Of a stretch of 64,000 bases of DNA, positions 1-8,248 are shown one piece after another. The stretch covers positions 100,872-164,871 of the forward strand of contig CAVPJD010000031.1 in the NCBI GenBank assembly GCA_963705165.1. The letters run 5' to 3'. A model generated the notes under the pieces. It worked only from the letters and a program-made list of their open reading frames with translations. It did no database searches and was not told where the DNA came from. The DNA comes from an uncultured delta proteobacterium (GTDB lineage: Bacteria > Desulfobacterota > Syntrophia > Syntrophales > UBA2192). A program made the translations under genes and the position numbers. Within the stretch, counting starts at the first letter, position 1; every line of letters starts with the position of its first letter.

Positions 1-106
1 AGGGAACATTGACCGTTTCCTCGAGGGTATCCGGCATCTGAAGGAAACGGACGAACAGCAATACGGAGAGGTTCTCGAACGGTTGAGACGGGAATTATCA
101 ACCTGA
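1..106 (+). CDS. 3' end of an unidentified CDS (truncated by window edge)
   Basis: Open frame from base 2 (GNIDRFLEGIRHLKETDEQQYGEVLERLRRELST) to TGA at 104-106. Confidence 0.5.
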   Translation, partial: GNIDRFLEGIRHLKETDEQQYGEVLERLRRELST

Positions 107-153
107 GTATCGCGAGATGCGGGCCGGGTAACGGATCTGAGCGCAAGGAAGGA

Positions 154-477
154 ATGGACAACATCATGCAGAAAGAGACCAGCCCCTACACCTGTCACGT
201 GTTTGTCTGCACCAACGATCGCCACGGAGAGCGGAAATCCTGCGCCGACGGCGGCGGCAACGCGGCATTGAAAGATTACCTGAAAGATCAAGTCGAAAAG
301 CGGGGATGGAAGGGCCGCGTCCGCGTCTCGAGCGGGGGCTGCATGGGGCTCTGCGGAAAGGGGCCCAACGTGCTGATCTACCCGCAGAAGGCCTGGTTTG
401 CCGCGGCCTCGCCCGCCGACGGCGACCGGATCCTCGGGGAGATCGATGTGCTGCTCTCCACGCCGAAAGAAAATTGA
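154..477 (+). CDS. Thioredoxin-like [2Fe-2S] ferredoxin
   Basis: HVFVCTN...KSC...SGGCMGLCGKGPNVLIYP motif; AAGGAAGGA SD. Confidence 0.88.
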   Translation: MDNIMQKETSPYTCHVFVCTNDRHGERKSCADGGGNAALKDYLKDQVEKRGWKGRVRVSSGGCMGLCGKGPNVLIYPQKAWFAAASPADGDRILGEIDVLLSTPKEN

Positions 478-493
478 GACCCTTTTGAACCCC

Positions 494-556
494 GTCGTTC
501 CCGCGCAAGCAGGAACCCACGGATGAAGATGGATTCCGGGTCGTGCCCGGAATGAC
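494..556. repeat. REP/RPE-like double-hairpin intergenic palindrome
   Basis: GTCGTTCCCGCGCAAGCAGGAACCCA...TGGATTCCGGGTCGTGCCCGGAATGAC; pattern of widespread GTCATTCC...GGAATGAC palindromic elements. Confidence 0.65.
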
Positions 557-578
557 ACCTTTTTTCAGGAGGCAGTCG

Positions 579-1674
579 TTGAACCGCCGACAATTTTTGC
601 ACGTACTCGGGGCACTCCGCTCTCGCTCTCGGGTTTCCGGAAACCCTGGCATGGGCTGACACCGCCCGCGCGGACAGCCGGAAGAACGCACTCGAAGGGC
701 TTCGCATCATCGACGCTCATGCACACCCGGAGCGGTACCTGTCGGAGGGCCAGCGCCCCGAGAACTCCTCGACCGTGAAACTCATGACCGAGATGGGCAT
801 GGCGGCCAGCGTTTTTGCCGCCGTCGGCGACCGGGTCTTCCTCTCCGGCGGGAGCCTGCCCGGCACTGAATGCGACAACACGAAAATCCAGCTCGACCAC
901 TGGATCAACGGAATCGTCCGCACCGGCAAGTGTGAAGCTGGTTTTGAAGACCTCCGACATCCCGCAGGCCGCGGCGCCGGGAGGCATTCCGGGATGCATC
1001 CTCGCCATCGAGGGAGGAGATGCGCTGGAGGGCAACCCGGATCGCGTGAGTGAGTTCTACGCATACGGCGTGAGAATGATCACGCTCATCCACTTCAGCA
1101 ACAACAACACTCGGCGACTGCATGCAGGACTTCGGAAGCCCCGGCTTCAGGCCGCGCAACGGCGGTCTCACGGCGGCGGGGCGCAGGGTGATCGAGAGGA
1201 TGCAGGAGCTGGGCATGGTCGTCGACGCGGCCCACGCCGACTCGCGTACGCTCAGGCAGATTGCCGAACTCACCCGACGGCCCATCGTGGATTCCCACGG
1301 AAACCCCTGTGCGCTTGCCGATGCAGAACCGCTGCGGCCGCTTCCGCACATGGAAGGACATGGAGGCGGTGGCAAAGACGGGTGGTGTCGTCTGCACCTG
1401 GACGTGGGGGATGACCCAGGGCAAGACGAAGCGAGAGACCTTCCGCGACTGGGCCGCGGAGATCATGGAGATGAAAAAAAGGATCGGCATGGAGCACGTG
1501 GGACTGGGCACAGACGGCGGGGGCGGCATCCCGCGGTTCGTCAGCGGCTACCGGGACATCCGCGACCTGTCCCTGCTCGTCAGGGCCATGCAGGAGGCGG
1601 GCTTTACGCGCGAGGAGATCGCCGCCTACATGGGCGGCAACACGTACCGGGTGCTCAAGGCCTGCATCGGATGA
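579..1674 (+). CDS. Tat-exported membrane dipeptidase (peptidase M19, amidohydrolase fold); several frameshifts
   Basis: AGGAGG SD, TTG start MNRRQFL (Tat). Pieces in different frames give IIDAHAHP, LAIEGGDAL, GVRMITLIH, GLTAAGRRVIERMQELGMVVDAAH, PIVDSH and GMEHVGLGTDG. Confidence 0.8.
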
Positions 1675-1805
1675 CGATACAGCGGACGCAGGAAGACAAC
1701 GGTAACGAGTGCCGCGCCGGCACGTTCATCAAGCACAAACGCACCCGATCCGCACGACGAGTCGGTGAACAATAAGAAAACTACATTCATGAAGGAGGAA
1801 GGTAC

Positions 1806-2259
1806 ATGAAAAAGAAGCTTTCAACGATTCTCTTGCTGTCGCTGCGTTCTTCTGCTGGCGGGACAGATCGGTTACGCCGCCGACCGGATCGTCGTATCCA
1901 CGGACAAGGCGCCGAAGGCCATCGGCCCCTATTCCCAGGCCATCCGGTACGGGGACATGCTCTTCGTCTCGGGCATGATCCCCATCGACCCAAAAACCAA
2001 CGAGCTCTCCAAGGGGGACATCGAGGTCCAGGCGACGCTTGTTCTGGACAACATCAAGGCCGTCGTCGAGGCGGCGGGATTCAGCATGAAAAACGTCCTG
2101 AAGGCCGAGGTGTTCATGAAAGACCTGAAGGACTTCGGCAAGTACAACGCGATCTACGTGAAGTACTTCCCCCAGGACCCGCCTGCCCGCGTCACCGTGC
2201 AGGCCGCGGCCCTGCCCCGTGACGTGCTCATCGAGATTTCCGTGACCTGCGGAAAGTAG
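1806..2259 (+). CDS. RidA/YjgF family protein with N-terminal signal peptide; one frameshift near 1840
   Basis: APKAIGPYSQA, FVSGMIP, PPARVTV..LP..VLIEI; MKKKLSTIL...VLLLAGQIGYA|A leader after frame correction. Confidence 0.85.
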
Positions 2260-2265
2260 AAACAG

Positions 2266-2302
2266 AAGGGGTCAGGCGCTTTTAACGGCCTGACCCCTTT
2301 TT
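2266..2302. terminator. Bidirectional Rho-independent terminator
   Basis: AAGGGGTCAGG...CCTGACCCCTTTTT between convergent genes. Confidence 0.75.
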
Positions 2303-2347
2303 GTGTGCCTGTCGCAGATCCCCCTCAGTCGCAAAACCGAGCCCGGT

Positions 2348-3190
2348 TTAACCCTTCGGTTCCGCAGTTTCAACTGCCGGCGGCATGGCGGTTTCCTTAA
2401 CCTCCGCCGGTTTATCAGCCGGCGCCTCCGCGACGGATTCGGCCGGTGCCGGAACGTCCTCCGATCCTGCGGCCTCTTCGGTCGGGGTTGCCGAAGGCTC
2501 TGTCCTGTCCTCCGGTTCCGCGCCTTCGATTTCAGCAATCCAGAGCGGGTGGCGGTGCTCGGCGTAATCCAGGCGGACGGCACCGGTCAGGATCCCCCGC
2601 AGCATCGGCCGGTTCGGCTTCAGGACAATCGCCGCCATGTGGGCGAGAAAGGCGAGGGCGAAGAGGACGAACCCGATGTTGTGGACCCAGGTGGCCCAGA
2701 GGACAACCGCGTAGGACATGTCCGGGGCGTAAATGTTCTTGTACGTCTTCACGAGCCCCGAGACGATCAGCATGGTAATGATCGCGGCCATGCCGACGTA
2801 GGCCAGGCGCTGCTCCGGCAGGTACTTGTGAAAGGGCGGCTCCTTTCCCTTGCCGAAAAAGCTCTTCATCACTTCGATCGACGTCCGCAGGTCCCCCTTG
2901 CGGGGAAGCATCCCCCGGTCGCCCCGCAGCCCGTGATAGACGGCGTGGAACAGGGCGGCGGCGACAAAGACGATCGACGCCGCGTAGTGGACATTGAGCG
3001 AAACCATGTAATCGCCCGCCCAGGCGAGGCCCGGCACGGAGTTGATGTAGTAGCGGCTGCCCATGGGCAGCTGAAACATACCGGACAAGAGGAGCGCGAG
3101 ACCGGACAGGGCTACGGCCCAGTGCTCGGCGAGCTCGACGATGCTGTGACGGACCACGCTGTTTTCTTCTCGGACAATCCTGTCAGACAT
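2348..3190 (-). CDS. Di-heme cytochrome b membrane anchor (FdnI/PhsC-like) with acidic low-complexity tail
   Basis: RH...EHW, HY..., KY...QRLAY, H..GF...H, four TM helices, YAEHRHPLW; ATG 3190 overlaps the upstream stop. Confidence 0.85.
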   Translation of the reverse strand: MSDRIVREENSVVRHSIVELAEHWAVALSGLALLLSGMFQLPMGSRYYINSVPGLAWAGDYMVSLNVHYAASIVFVAAALFHAVYHGLRGDRGMLPRKGDLRTSIEVMKSFFGKGKEPPFHKYLPEQRLAYVGMAAIITMLIVSGLVKTYKNIYAPDMSYAVVLWATWVHNIGFVLFALAFLAHMAAIVLKPNRPMLRGILTGAVRLDYAEHRHPLWIAEIEGAEPEDRTEPSATPTEEAAGSEDVPAPAESVAEAPADKPAEVKETAMPPAVETAEPKG

Positions 3191-4199
3191 CCTTCTTCCC
3201 GCCCTCCGCCAGCTTCGACTTCCGCCCGGCGAGCCACTTGAGCGCCCCCGCCGCACCTGCGACGATCCCGATGGCGGGGGCTGCGAGCACGGCCTTTCCC
3301 AGGCTGTCCGTCCCGGCCATTTGTCTCTCGACACCGGGCTTCATGTCGGGCCTTCCGGGCTCCCTTTTCATGGCCTTGTTGATGCGGTCGAAGGACACCG
3401 GCGAGACGTAGAACGTCGAGGTGCCGCCGTTCTCGCTCTTTCCGTAAATGTGGCCGTTCATCTGCCGGGCCCGGTCTTCCGCCAGCGCAATGATTTCCTG
3501 GCGAGGCCCGATGAGCATCGCCTTCCTGGGGCATGCGTCGATGCAGCCCGGCTGCTTTCCCTGGCCAAGGCGCTCATTGCAGAGGTCGCACTTGTACATG
3601 ACGCCGTTTCCCATGTAATCCGGCAGGACATGGAGGTAAATGCCGACGCCTGACTGGCGCTGCGGGATCTCCCAGGGGCAGACCGTCTTGCACTTGGCTC
3701 CGCCGAAGCACAAGTCCTGGTCGATGACAACCGCCCCGTTTTCGTGTTTATGATTTGCCGAGAACGGGCAAATGGTCGCACAGGCGGGGTTGTCGCAGTG
3801 CATGCAGCGCCTCGGGACGAAAAGGGTTTTCGGTTCTCCGTCCTGTTCGACTTCAGCCCTTTGCACGTAAAGGTAATTGTACGGGGTGAGGCGGTTTGAC
3901 ACTTCCCGCTTCCGGGACCAGTCCTCGACCGTTTTTCTCGGCCAGGGCACCGGGATGGGGTCGGCAACGGGGGGGGTCGTGTCCCTGTTGATCGTTTTGC
4001 AGGCGGAGACACAGGCCGGGAGCGCCAAATCGGGACAGCCGTCGCAGAGGCTGAGATCGATGAGCGTCGCCAGTCGCCCGGTTTCCCCGGCCCGCACTTT
4101 TTCCGGCCATGCAAGGCACGACGCCGCAAACACACCTGCCGACGTCTTCAGAAAGGATCTGCGGCTTATCCCTGGAATGCTGTTCGATTTCTTCATCAT
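3183..4199 (-). CDS. Tat-exported 4Fe-4S dicluster electron-transfer subunit (PhsB/PsrB/HybA-like) with C-terminal anchor
   Basis: SRRSFLK Tat motif; CDGC-x7-CVSAC, CMHCDNPACATICP, CFGGAKCKTVCP, KCDLC...CIDACP. Confidence 0.88.
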   Translation of the reverse strand: MMKKSNSIPGISRRSFLKTSAGVFAASCLAWPEKVRAGETGRLATLIDLSLCDGCPDLALPACVSACKTINRDTTPPVADPIPVPWPRKTVEDWSRKREVSNRLTPYNYLYVQRAEVEQDGEPKTLFVPRRCMHCDNPACATICPFSANHKHENGAVVIDQDLCFGGAKCKTVCPWEIPQRQSGVGIYLHVLPDYMGNGVMYKCDLCNERLGQGKQPGCIDACPRKAMLIGPRQEIIALAEDRARQMNGHIYGKSENGGTSTFYVSPVSFDRINKAMKREPGRPDMKPGVERQMAGTDSLGKAVLAAPAIGIVAGAAGALKWLAGRKSKLAEGGKKDV

Positions 4200-4208
4200 T
4201 GTCCTTCT

Positions 4209-4466
4209 CTACGCCAGATCGATGTACCTTGTCAGGGCCGCCTGAAAATTTTCCCTGCCCTTCCCCGTGTCCGCTTCGGTCATGCACCGGGTCATGTTTG
4301 CCCGGATAATGGCGTTTCCCGTCTTCTTCATCGCCGATGTTACGGCAGAGACCTGTGTGAGGACGTCAACGCAAGGCGCCTGCATCTCGATCATCCGCTG
4401 GAGCCCCCGTACCTGCCCCTCTATGCGCCGGAGGCGCCCCAGGATCTTTCTTCTCTCTTCTTCCAT
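4209..4466 (-). CDS. CsoR/RcnR-family repressor with CstR-type fingerprint (C32, N57, C61)
   Basis: RLRRIEGQVRGLQRMI...PCVDVLTQVSAV...ANMTRC; the Cu-ligand His position is Asn. Confidence 0.88.
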   Translation of the reverse strand: MEEERRKILGRLRRIEGQVRGLQRMIEMQAPCVDVLTQVSAVTSAMKKTGNAIIRANMTRCMTEADTGKGRENFQAALTRYIDLA

Positions 4467-4469
4467 TAT

Positions 4470-4486
4470 ATACCCCCTGGGGGTAT
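4470..4486. promoter_or_regulatory. CsoR/CstR-family operator (autoregulatory)
   Basis: Perfect 17-bp palindrome ATACCCCC-T-GGGGGTAT with C/G tracts, 3 bp upstream of the repressor ATG. Confidence 0.85.
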
Positions 4487-4514
4487 TTATAATCCACCGC
4501 CGGCTCCATGTCAA
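4486..4514 (-). promoter_or_regulatory. sigma70 promoter of repressor-FeS-cytochrome b operon
   Basis: TTGACA(4514-4509)-17 nt-TATAAA(4491-4486). Confidence 0.8.
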
Positions 4515-4688
4515 ATGTTTTTTCCCGGCGGAGTCGAAGCCCTGCCGGAGAAGGAAAGTTATCGCGCACAGAGCAGGGCTTTTTGGCAAGGGACGCACCG
4601 AACATACTCGCGCCCAGGAATACTTGAGGAGCGGGATTCCCCCTCACTGTGCAACCCGGATCATCGTAAACTATGTACCCGGTTTGTA

Positions 4689-4724
4689 CCCACCCCAACC
4701 CTCTCCCTCGGCGGGGAGAGGGAG
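4689..4724. repeat. REP-like hairpin element
   Basis: CCCACCCCAACCCTCTCCC-TCGGCG-GGGAGAGGG, a widespread intergenic palindrome pattern. Confidence 0.6.
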
Positions 4725-5099
4725 ATCAGGGGTAGTGATTCTTCTGAGGCGCATGAGTCTCTGGCCATTACGGTTGTGGGGATTATGGCGTGCGGGGAAG
4801 GGTCGAAATCGTATCGGGTGAGTGAATCACAGGATGCCCCAAAAAGGCGTGGCCCCGCCGTATTCCAGCAGGGCCATCCATGTCGAAGCCCGGCAGCATA
4901 CCACCGGGAACGTTTCTGATGTGCCACTAACACGAAGTTACAAAAAAGGTCCATCAGACGGAGTCTGATTCTGCCATAGGACATTGTCTGATGGCAGCAA
5001 GCGGGGCTCGGCAAAAAAGCCTTGCGTAACCCTGCCCAAATAGTCCTTAATCAGACCGGGCGGCACCCGCCCCGAAAACCTTCCCTCATGCCGGACCCC

Positions 5100-5528
5100 A
5101 TGCGATACAGACTCGAACATTATCCCCTGACCGTCGCACAGGTCGTCACCTTGGTTGACATGGACGCCCACGGACACGTCAACAACGTGGTTTATTTCCG
5201 GTACATGGAGAATGCCCGCGTCGAGTATTACCGGCGCATCGGCAAGTACGAGTTCGAGGAGCGGACGGGGATCGCGCTCGTCGTCAAATCGACAAGCTGC
5301 CGCTACATTGCGTCCCTCGCCTGCCCCGACCGCATCGCCATCGGCGCGCGGGTTGCGGACATGAACGACGAGCAGATCCTCATGTAGTACATCATCGTCA
5401 ACGCCGGCACAAACCAGGTCGCCGCACTCGGCGAGGCGGCGATCGCGGCCCTGAAGTCCGGCGACAGGGTGCCCTTCCCGGAGGAATTGAAGGCAAGAAT
5501 CCGTGAGCTTCAGCCAGAAAGGACGTGA
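5100..5528 (+). CDS. Acyl-CoA thioesterase (4HBT/YbgC hotdog fold) interrupted by in-frame TAG at 5385-5387
   Basis: DMDAHGHVNNVVYFRYMENAR; the same frame continues after TAG as YIIVNAGTNQVAALGEA...PFPEELKARI to TGA 5526-5528. Confidence 0.8.
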
Positions 5529-5534
5529 CGGCCG

Positions 5535-6620
5535 ATGAGCAGCCTCTTCAGCATCGAACTGCTTCCCGCCCTCGACGGGGAGTGCCTGTGGATCGAGTAT
5601 GGCGACCCGCTGGCTCCGCGCCGGATTCTCATCGACGCGGGCCGGGCGGGCACCCACAAGGAAGTGCTTCGCCGCATCGAAGCAGCCGCAAGGCCTGTTC
5701 ACTTCGAGCTGATCGTCATCACCCACGTCGACCTGGACCACATCGGGGGTATCCTGAAGCTGCTCGCCATGAAGAAGCCGCCCCTCACCGCCGGGGATAT
5801 CTGGTTCAACGGGCGTCGCCACCTCGACGAGGGCACACCCGTGCCGCGCGGGCCCATTCAGGGCGAGGAGATGACCTCCATCCTCGAGAGGATCAAGCTG
5901 CCCTGGAACGAGGCCTTTCGCACCGGTGGAGCCGGGCAATCCCATGCGGTTGCAGTCCCCGCAGACGGCAAGCACCCGCAGAAGAAGCTGCCGGGTGGCA
6001 TGACCCTCACCGTCCTGTCGCCCTCCCGAGAAAAGCTTCAGCGGCTCATCCCCCTGTGGGACGAGGAGGTCCGAAAGTGGCGCGAACGGGGCGGAATGAA
6101 GTTCGAGGAGCAACCCCTCCGCGCAGGAGAACCCGCAAAGCGGCTCAACTTCGAATCGCTCGTCTCGGCCCCGTTCACCCCCGACGACTCGCCCTTCAAC
6201 GGCTCGAGCATCGCCATGCTAGCAGAGTTTGACGGCAGGCGGGCCCTCCTGGGCGCCGATGCGCACCCGGATCTGCTCCTGGAAGGCATCCGCGCAGCAA
6301 CCCCTGACCCCCGCGGGCGTCTGCGGCTGGACGCCTTCAAGATGCCCCATCACGGCAGCCGGCGAAACCTTAATCGGGAGATCGTCGAGGCCGTCGACTG
6401 CCCACGGTTTCTCGTCTCGACGGACGGCAGCCGCTTCGGTCACCCTGACCCCGAGGCTCTCGCCCGGGTCATCAAGTTCGGCGGCGAGAGGCCCGAGCTG
6501 ATCTTCAACTACCGCACGGAAAAAACCCTTGCCTGGAAGAAACCCGCCTGGATGAAGAAGTACGGCTACAGTGTCCGCTACCTCAATGCCCCGAAGGACC
6601 CCGGAAAAGTCATCCTGTAA
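5535..6620 (+). CDS. MBL-fold metallo-hydrolase (ComEC/Avs1a-like)
   Basis: LPALDGECLWI, ILIDAG, THVDLDHIGG, NGSSIA, LLGADAH, KMPHHGS, STDGSRFGHPD. Confidence 0.85.
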   Translation: MSSLFSIELLPALDGECLWIEYGDPLAPRRILIDAGRAGTHKEVLRRIEAAARPVHFELIVITHVDLDHIGGILKLLAMKKPPLTAGDIWFNGRRHLDEGTPVPRGPIQGEEMTSILERIKLPWNEAFRTGGAGQSHAVAVPADGKHPQKKLPGGMTLTVLSPSREKLQRLIPLWDEEVRKWRERGGMKFEEQPLRAGEPAKRLNFESLVSAPFTPDDSPFNGSSIAMLAEFDGRRALLGADAHPDLLLEGIRAATPDPRGRLRLDAFKMPHHGSRRNLNREIVEAVDCPRFLVSTDGSRFGHPDPEALARVIKFGGERPELIFNYRTEKTLAWKKPAWMKKYGYSVRYLNAPKDPGKVIL

Positions 6621-6741
6621 AATCCTTCTCCCGACACCCACACCCCAGGAAAGACATTCCCCTCACGGCACCGCTCCCAACGGCAGATGACGCGAATTTT
6701 GCATGGCATACCGGCAACATGATTCCTGGAGGTCTTCACAC

Positions 6742-7707
6742 ATGACAACGACTGGCCGTTTTGGAAAATTCGCTATCGTTTTCGCAATGGTCCTGCTTAT
6801 CGTTACGGGTATTGCCGGGCTCTCGCAGGGCACGGGGTATATCGTGGGACAGCACACGATGGCCCTGGAGGTGATCATGCCGAAGGATAATGCTGCCTTC
6901 AAGGTGGGCGAAAACGTTCACGTCACCGTCAGGTCCAGCGGTTTCTCCGGCCTGAAGGTTACCGTGAAGAACCAGGCGACGGGCGCAGAAGAAGAACTGA
7001 ACGCATCGTTGATGAAGAGTGAGGGGACTACCCCCTCGGCTCCAAGGATTTGGGAAGTCCTCTGGCCGACGGCCGGAAAGAAACCCGGCATGTACCTGTT
7101 CACGATGAAAGGCGCCTCAGGCAGCACGGTGACACCAACGACGAAAACCGTCACCATTTCGGTCATCCAGCCATCGGGACCGGCAAAGATCACATTCAAG
7201 GAGCCCGCCGGGGGCCGCCAGGTCAAGACCGGCGAGACGGTAACCGTCGCCGTCACGGCGACGGGCGTCCACAGAATGGAGTTCTCTGTCAGGGATCAGC
7301 AGACGGGAGTTGAAAAAATCCGGCCGTCGGCCCACTTGGCCGCTTCGGACGAGTTCAGGACCTCATGGTCCACCGAGGGGCAGCAGAAAGGCAACTACCA
7401 GATCATCGCCCGCGGACTCGGGGCCGACGGGAAGAAGCTGGCCGAGGAATCCGTCACCATGACCGTCACCGGCGGCGCCCCCGCCCTCAAGCCCCAGGCT
7501 GCCGCAACACCCGTTGTGGTGCCAAACGTTGTGGGCATGTCGGAGTACCGGGCAGTCGTCGCGCTGGACAAGGCAGGACTGAAGATCAACCCGGCAAAAT
7601 ATGTCTCCACTGCGAAACAGGACCTCTGGGGTGTCGTGGTGGAGCAGTCGGTCAAGGCCGGCACAAAGACGGGGGAGCCCGTCACGATCACCGTCGGCCG
7701 GAAATAG
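6742..7707 (+). CDS. Secreted/anchored protein with two Ig-like domains and a C-terminal PASTA domain
   Basis: N-terminal hydrophobic segment; two beta-rich W.T.G..G.Y repeats; VVPNVVGMS...A...L...GL. Confidence 0.75.
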   Translation: MTTTGRFGKFAIVFAMVLLIVTGIAGLSQGTGYIVGQHTMALEVIMPKDNAAFKVGENVHVTVRSSGFSGLKVTVKNQATGAEEELNASLMKSEGTTPSAPRIWEVLWPTAGKKPGMYLFTMKGASGSTVTPTTKTVTISVIQPSGPAKITFKEPAGGRQVKTGETVTVAVTATGVHRMEFSVRDQQTGVEKIRPSAHLAASDEFRTSWSTEGQQKGNYQIIARGLGADGKKLAEESVTMTVTGGAPALKPQAAATPVVVPNVVGMSEYRAVVALDKAGLKINPAKYVSTAKQDLWGVVVEQSVKAGTKTGEPVTITVGRK

Positions 7708-7715
7708 GAGGATTC

Positions 7716-8159
7716 ATGGACCTGAAACAGACGATCACGGAAATGGGAAAGGCCGTCCCGGGACAGTTCGAAACCCAGAAGGACGGGTCGGCCCGAATGG
7801 AGGCCGTCATTGCCGAGCGCAAGGCCTTCCTGTCGAAGAAGAAACTGACCTACATCTGCCGCTTCAAAGTCGACGAGCCTGCGAAAGAGGTGCGCTTCTT
7901 CGAGATGCTCAAGGAATCGGGCTTCGGCGTCACAAGCGGCGGGGGCGACGACGAAATGAGCACTGGCTTCGGCTTCAAGAAGGAAACCTACAATACCTTC
8001 GGCAAGGAGCGCAACGGCACCATCGAAGAGCAGTCAAAGCTGTTCGGAAAGGACTACTCCTACAAGTTCGACTTCGGGGCTTTCCGGGGGGCCGTGCGCA
8101 AAGCGGCCGAGGGCGCGGGATACCGCTTCGAGGTCAAGCTGATGGAGAAATCGGTGTAA
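7716..8159 (+). CDS. Conserved hypothetical protein
   Basis: AGGAGG SD, ATG 7716, coding-like codon usage, directly behind previous gene. Confidence 0.75.
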   Translation: MDLKQTITEMGKAVPGQFETQKDGSARMEAVIAERKAFLSKKKLTYICRFKVDEPAKEVRFFEMLKESGFGVTSGGGDDEMSTGFGFKKETYNTFGKERNGTIEEQSKLFGKDYSYKFDFGAFRGAVRKAAEGAGYRFEVKLMEKSV

Positions 8160-8192
8160 CCGGGGTCTCTTGGAGCAACGGCAGAAAAGAAT

Positions 8193-8232
8193 ACGGGGCA
8201 CCTCATTGACTGAGGGTGCCCCGTCTGTTTTT
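8193..8232. terminator. Rho-independent terminator
   Basis: ACGGGGCACC...GGTGCCCCGT followed by T-rich tract, between convergent genes. Confidence 0.7.
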
Positions 8233-8248
8233 GTGCTGAAAGCGCCGG

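Noticed and set aside
5385-5387. In-frame TAG in thioesterase as pyrrolysine
   Set aside because: Non-catalytic position one substitution from GAG/CAG, no pyl genes in view, and a comparable in-frame TAA at 45439 shows that nonsense changes or errors occur here.
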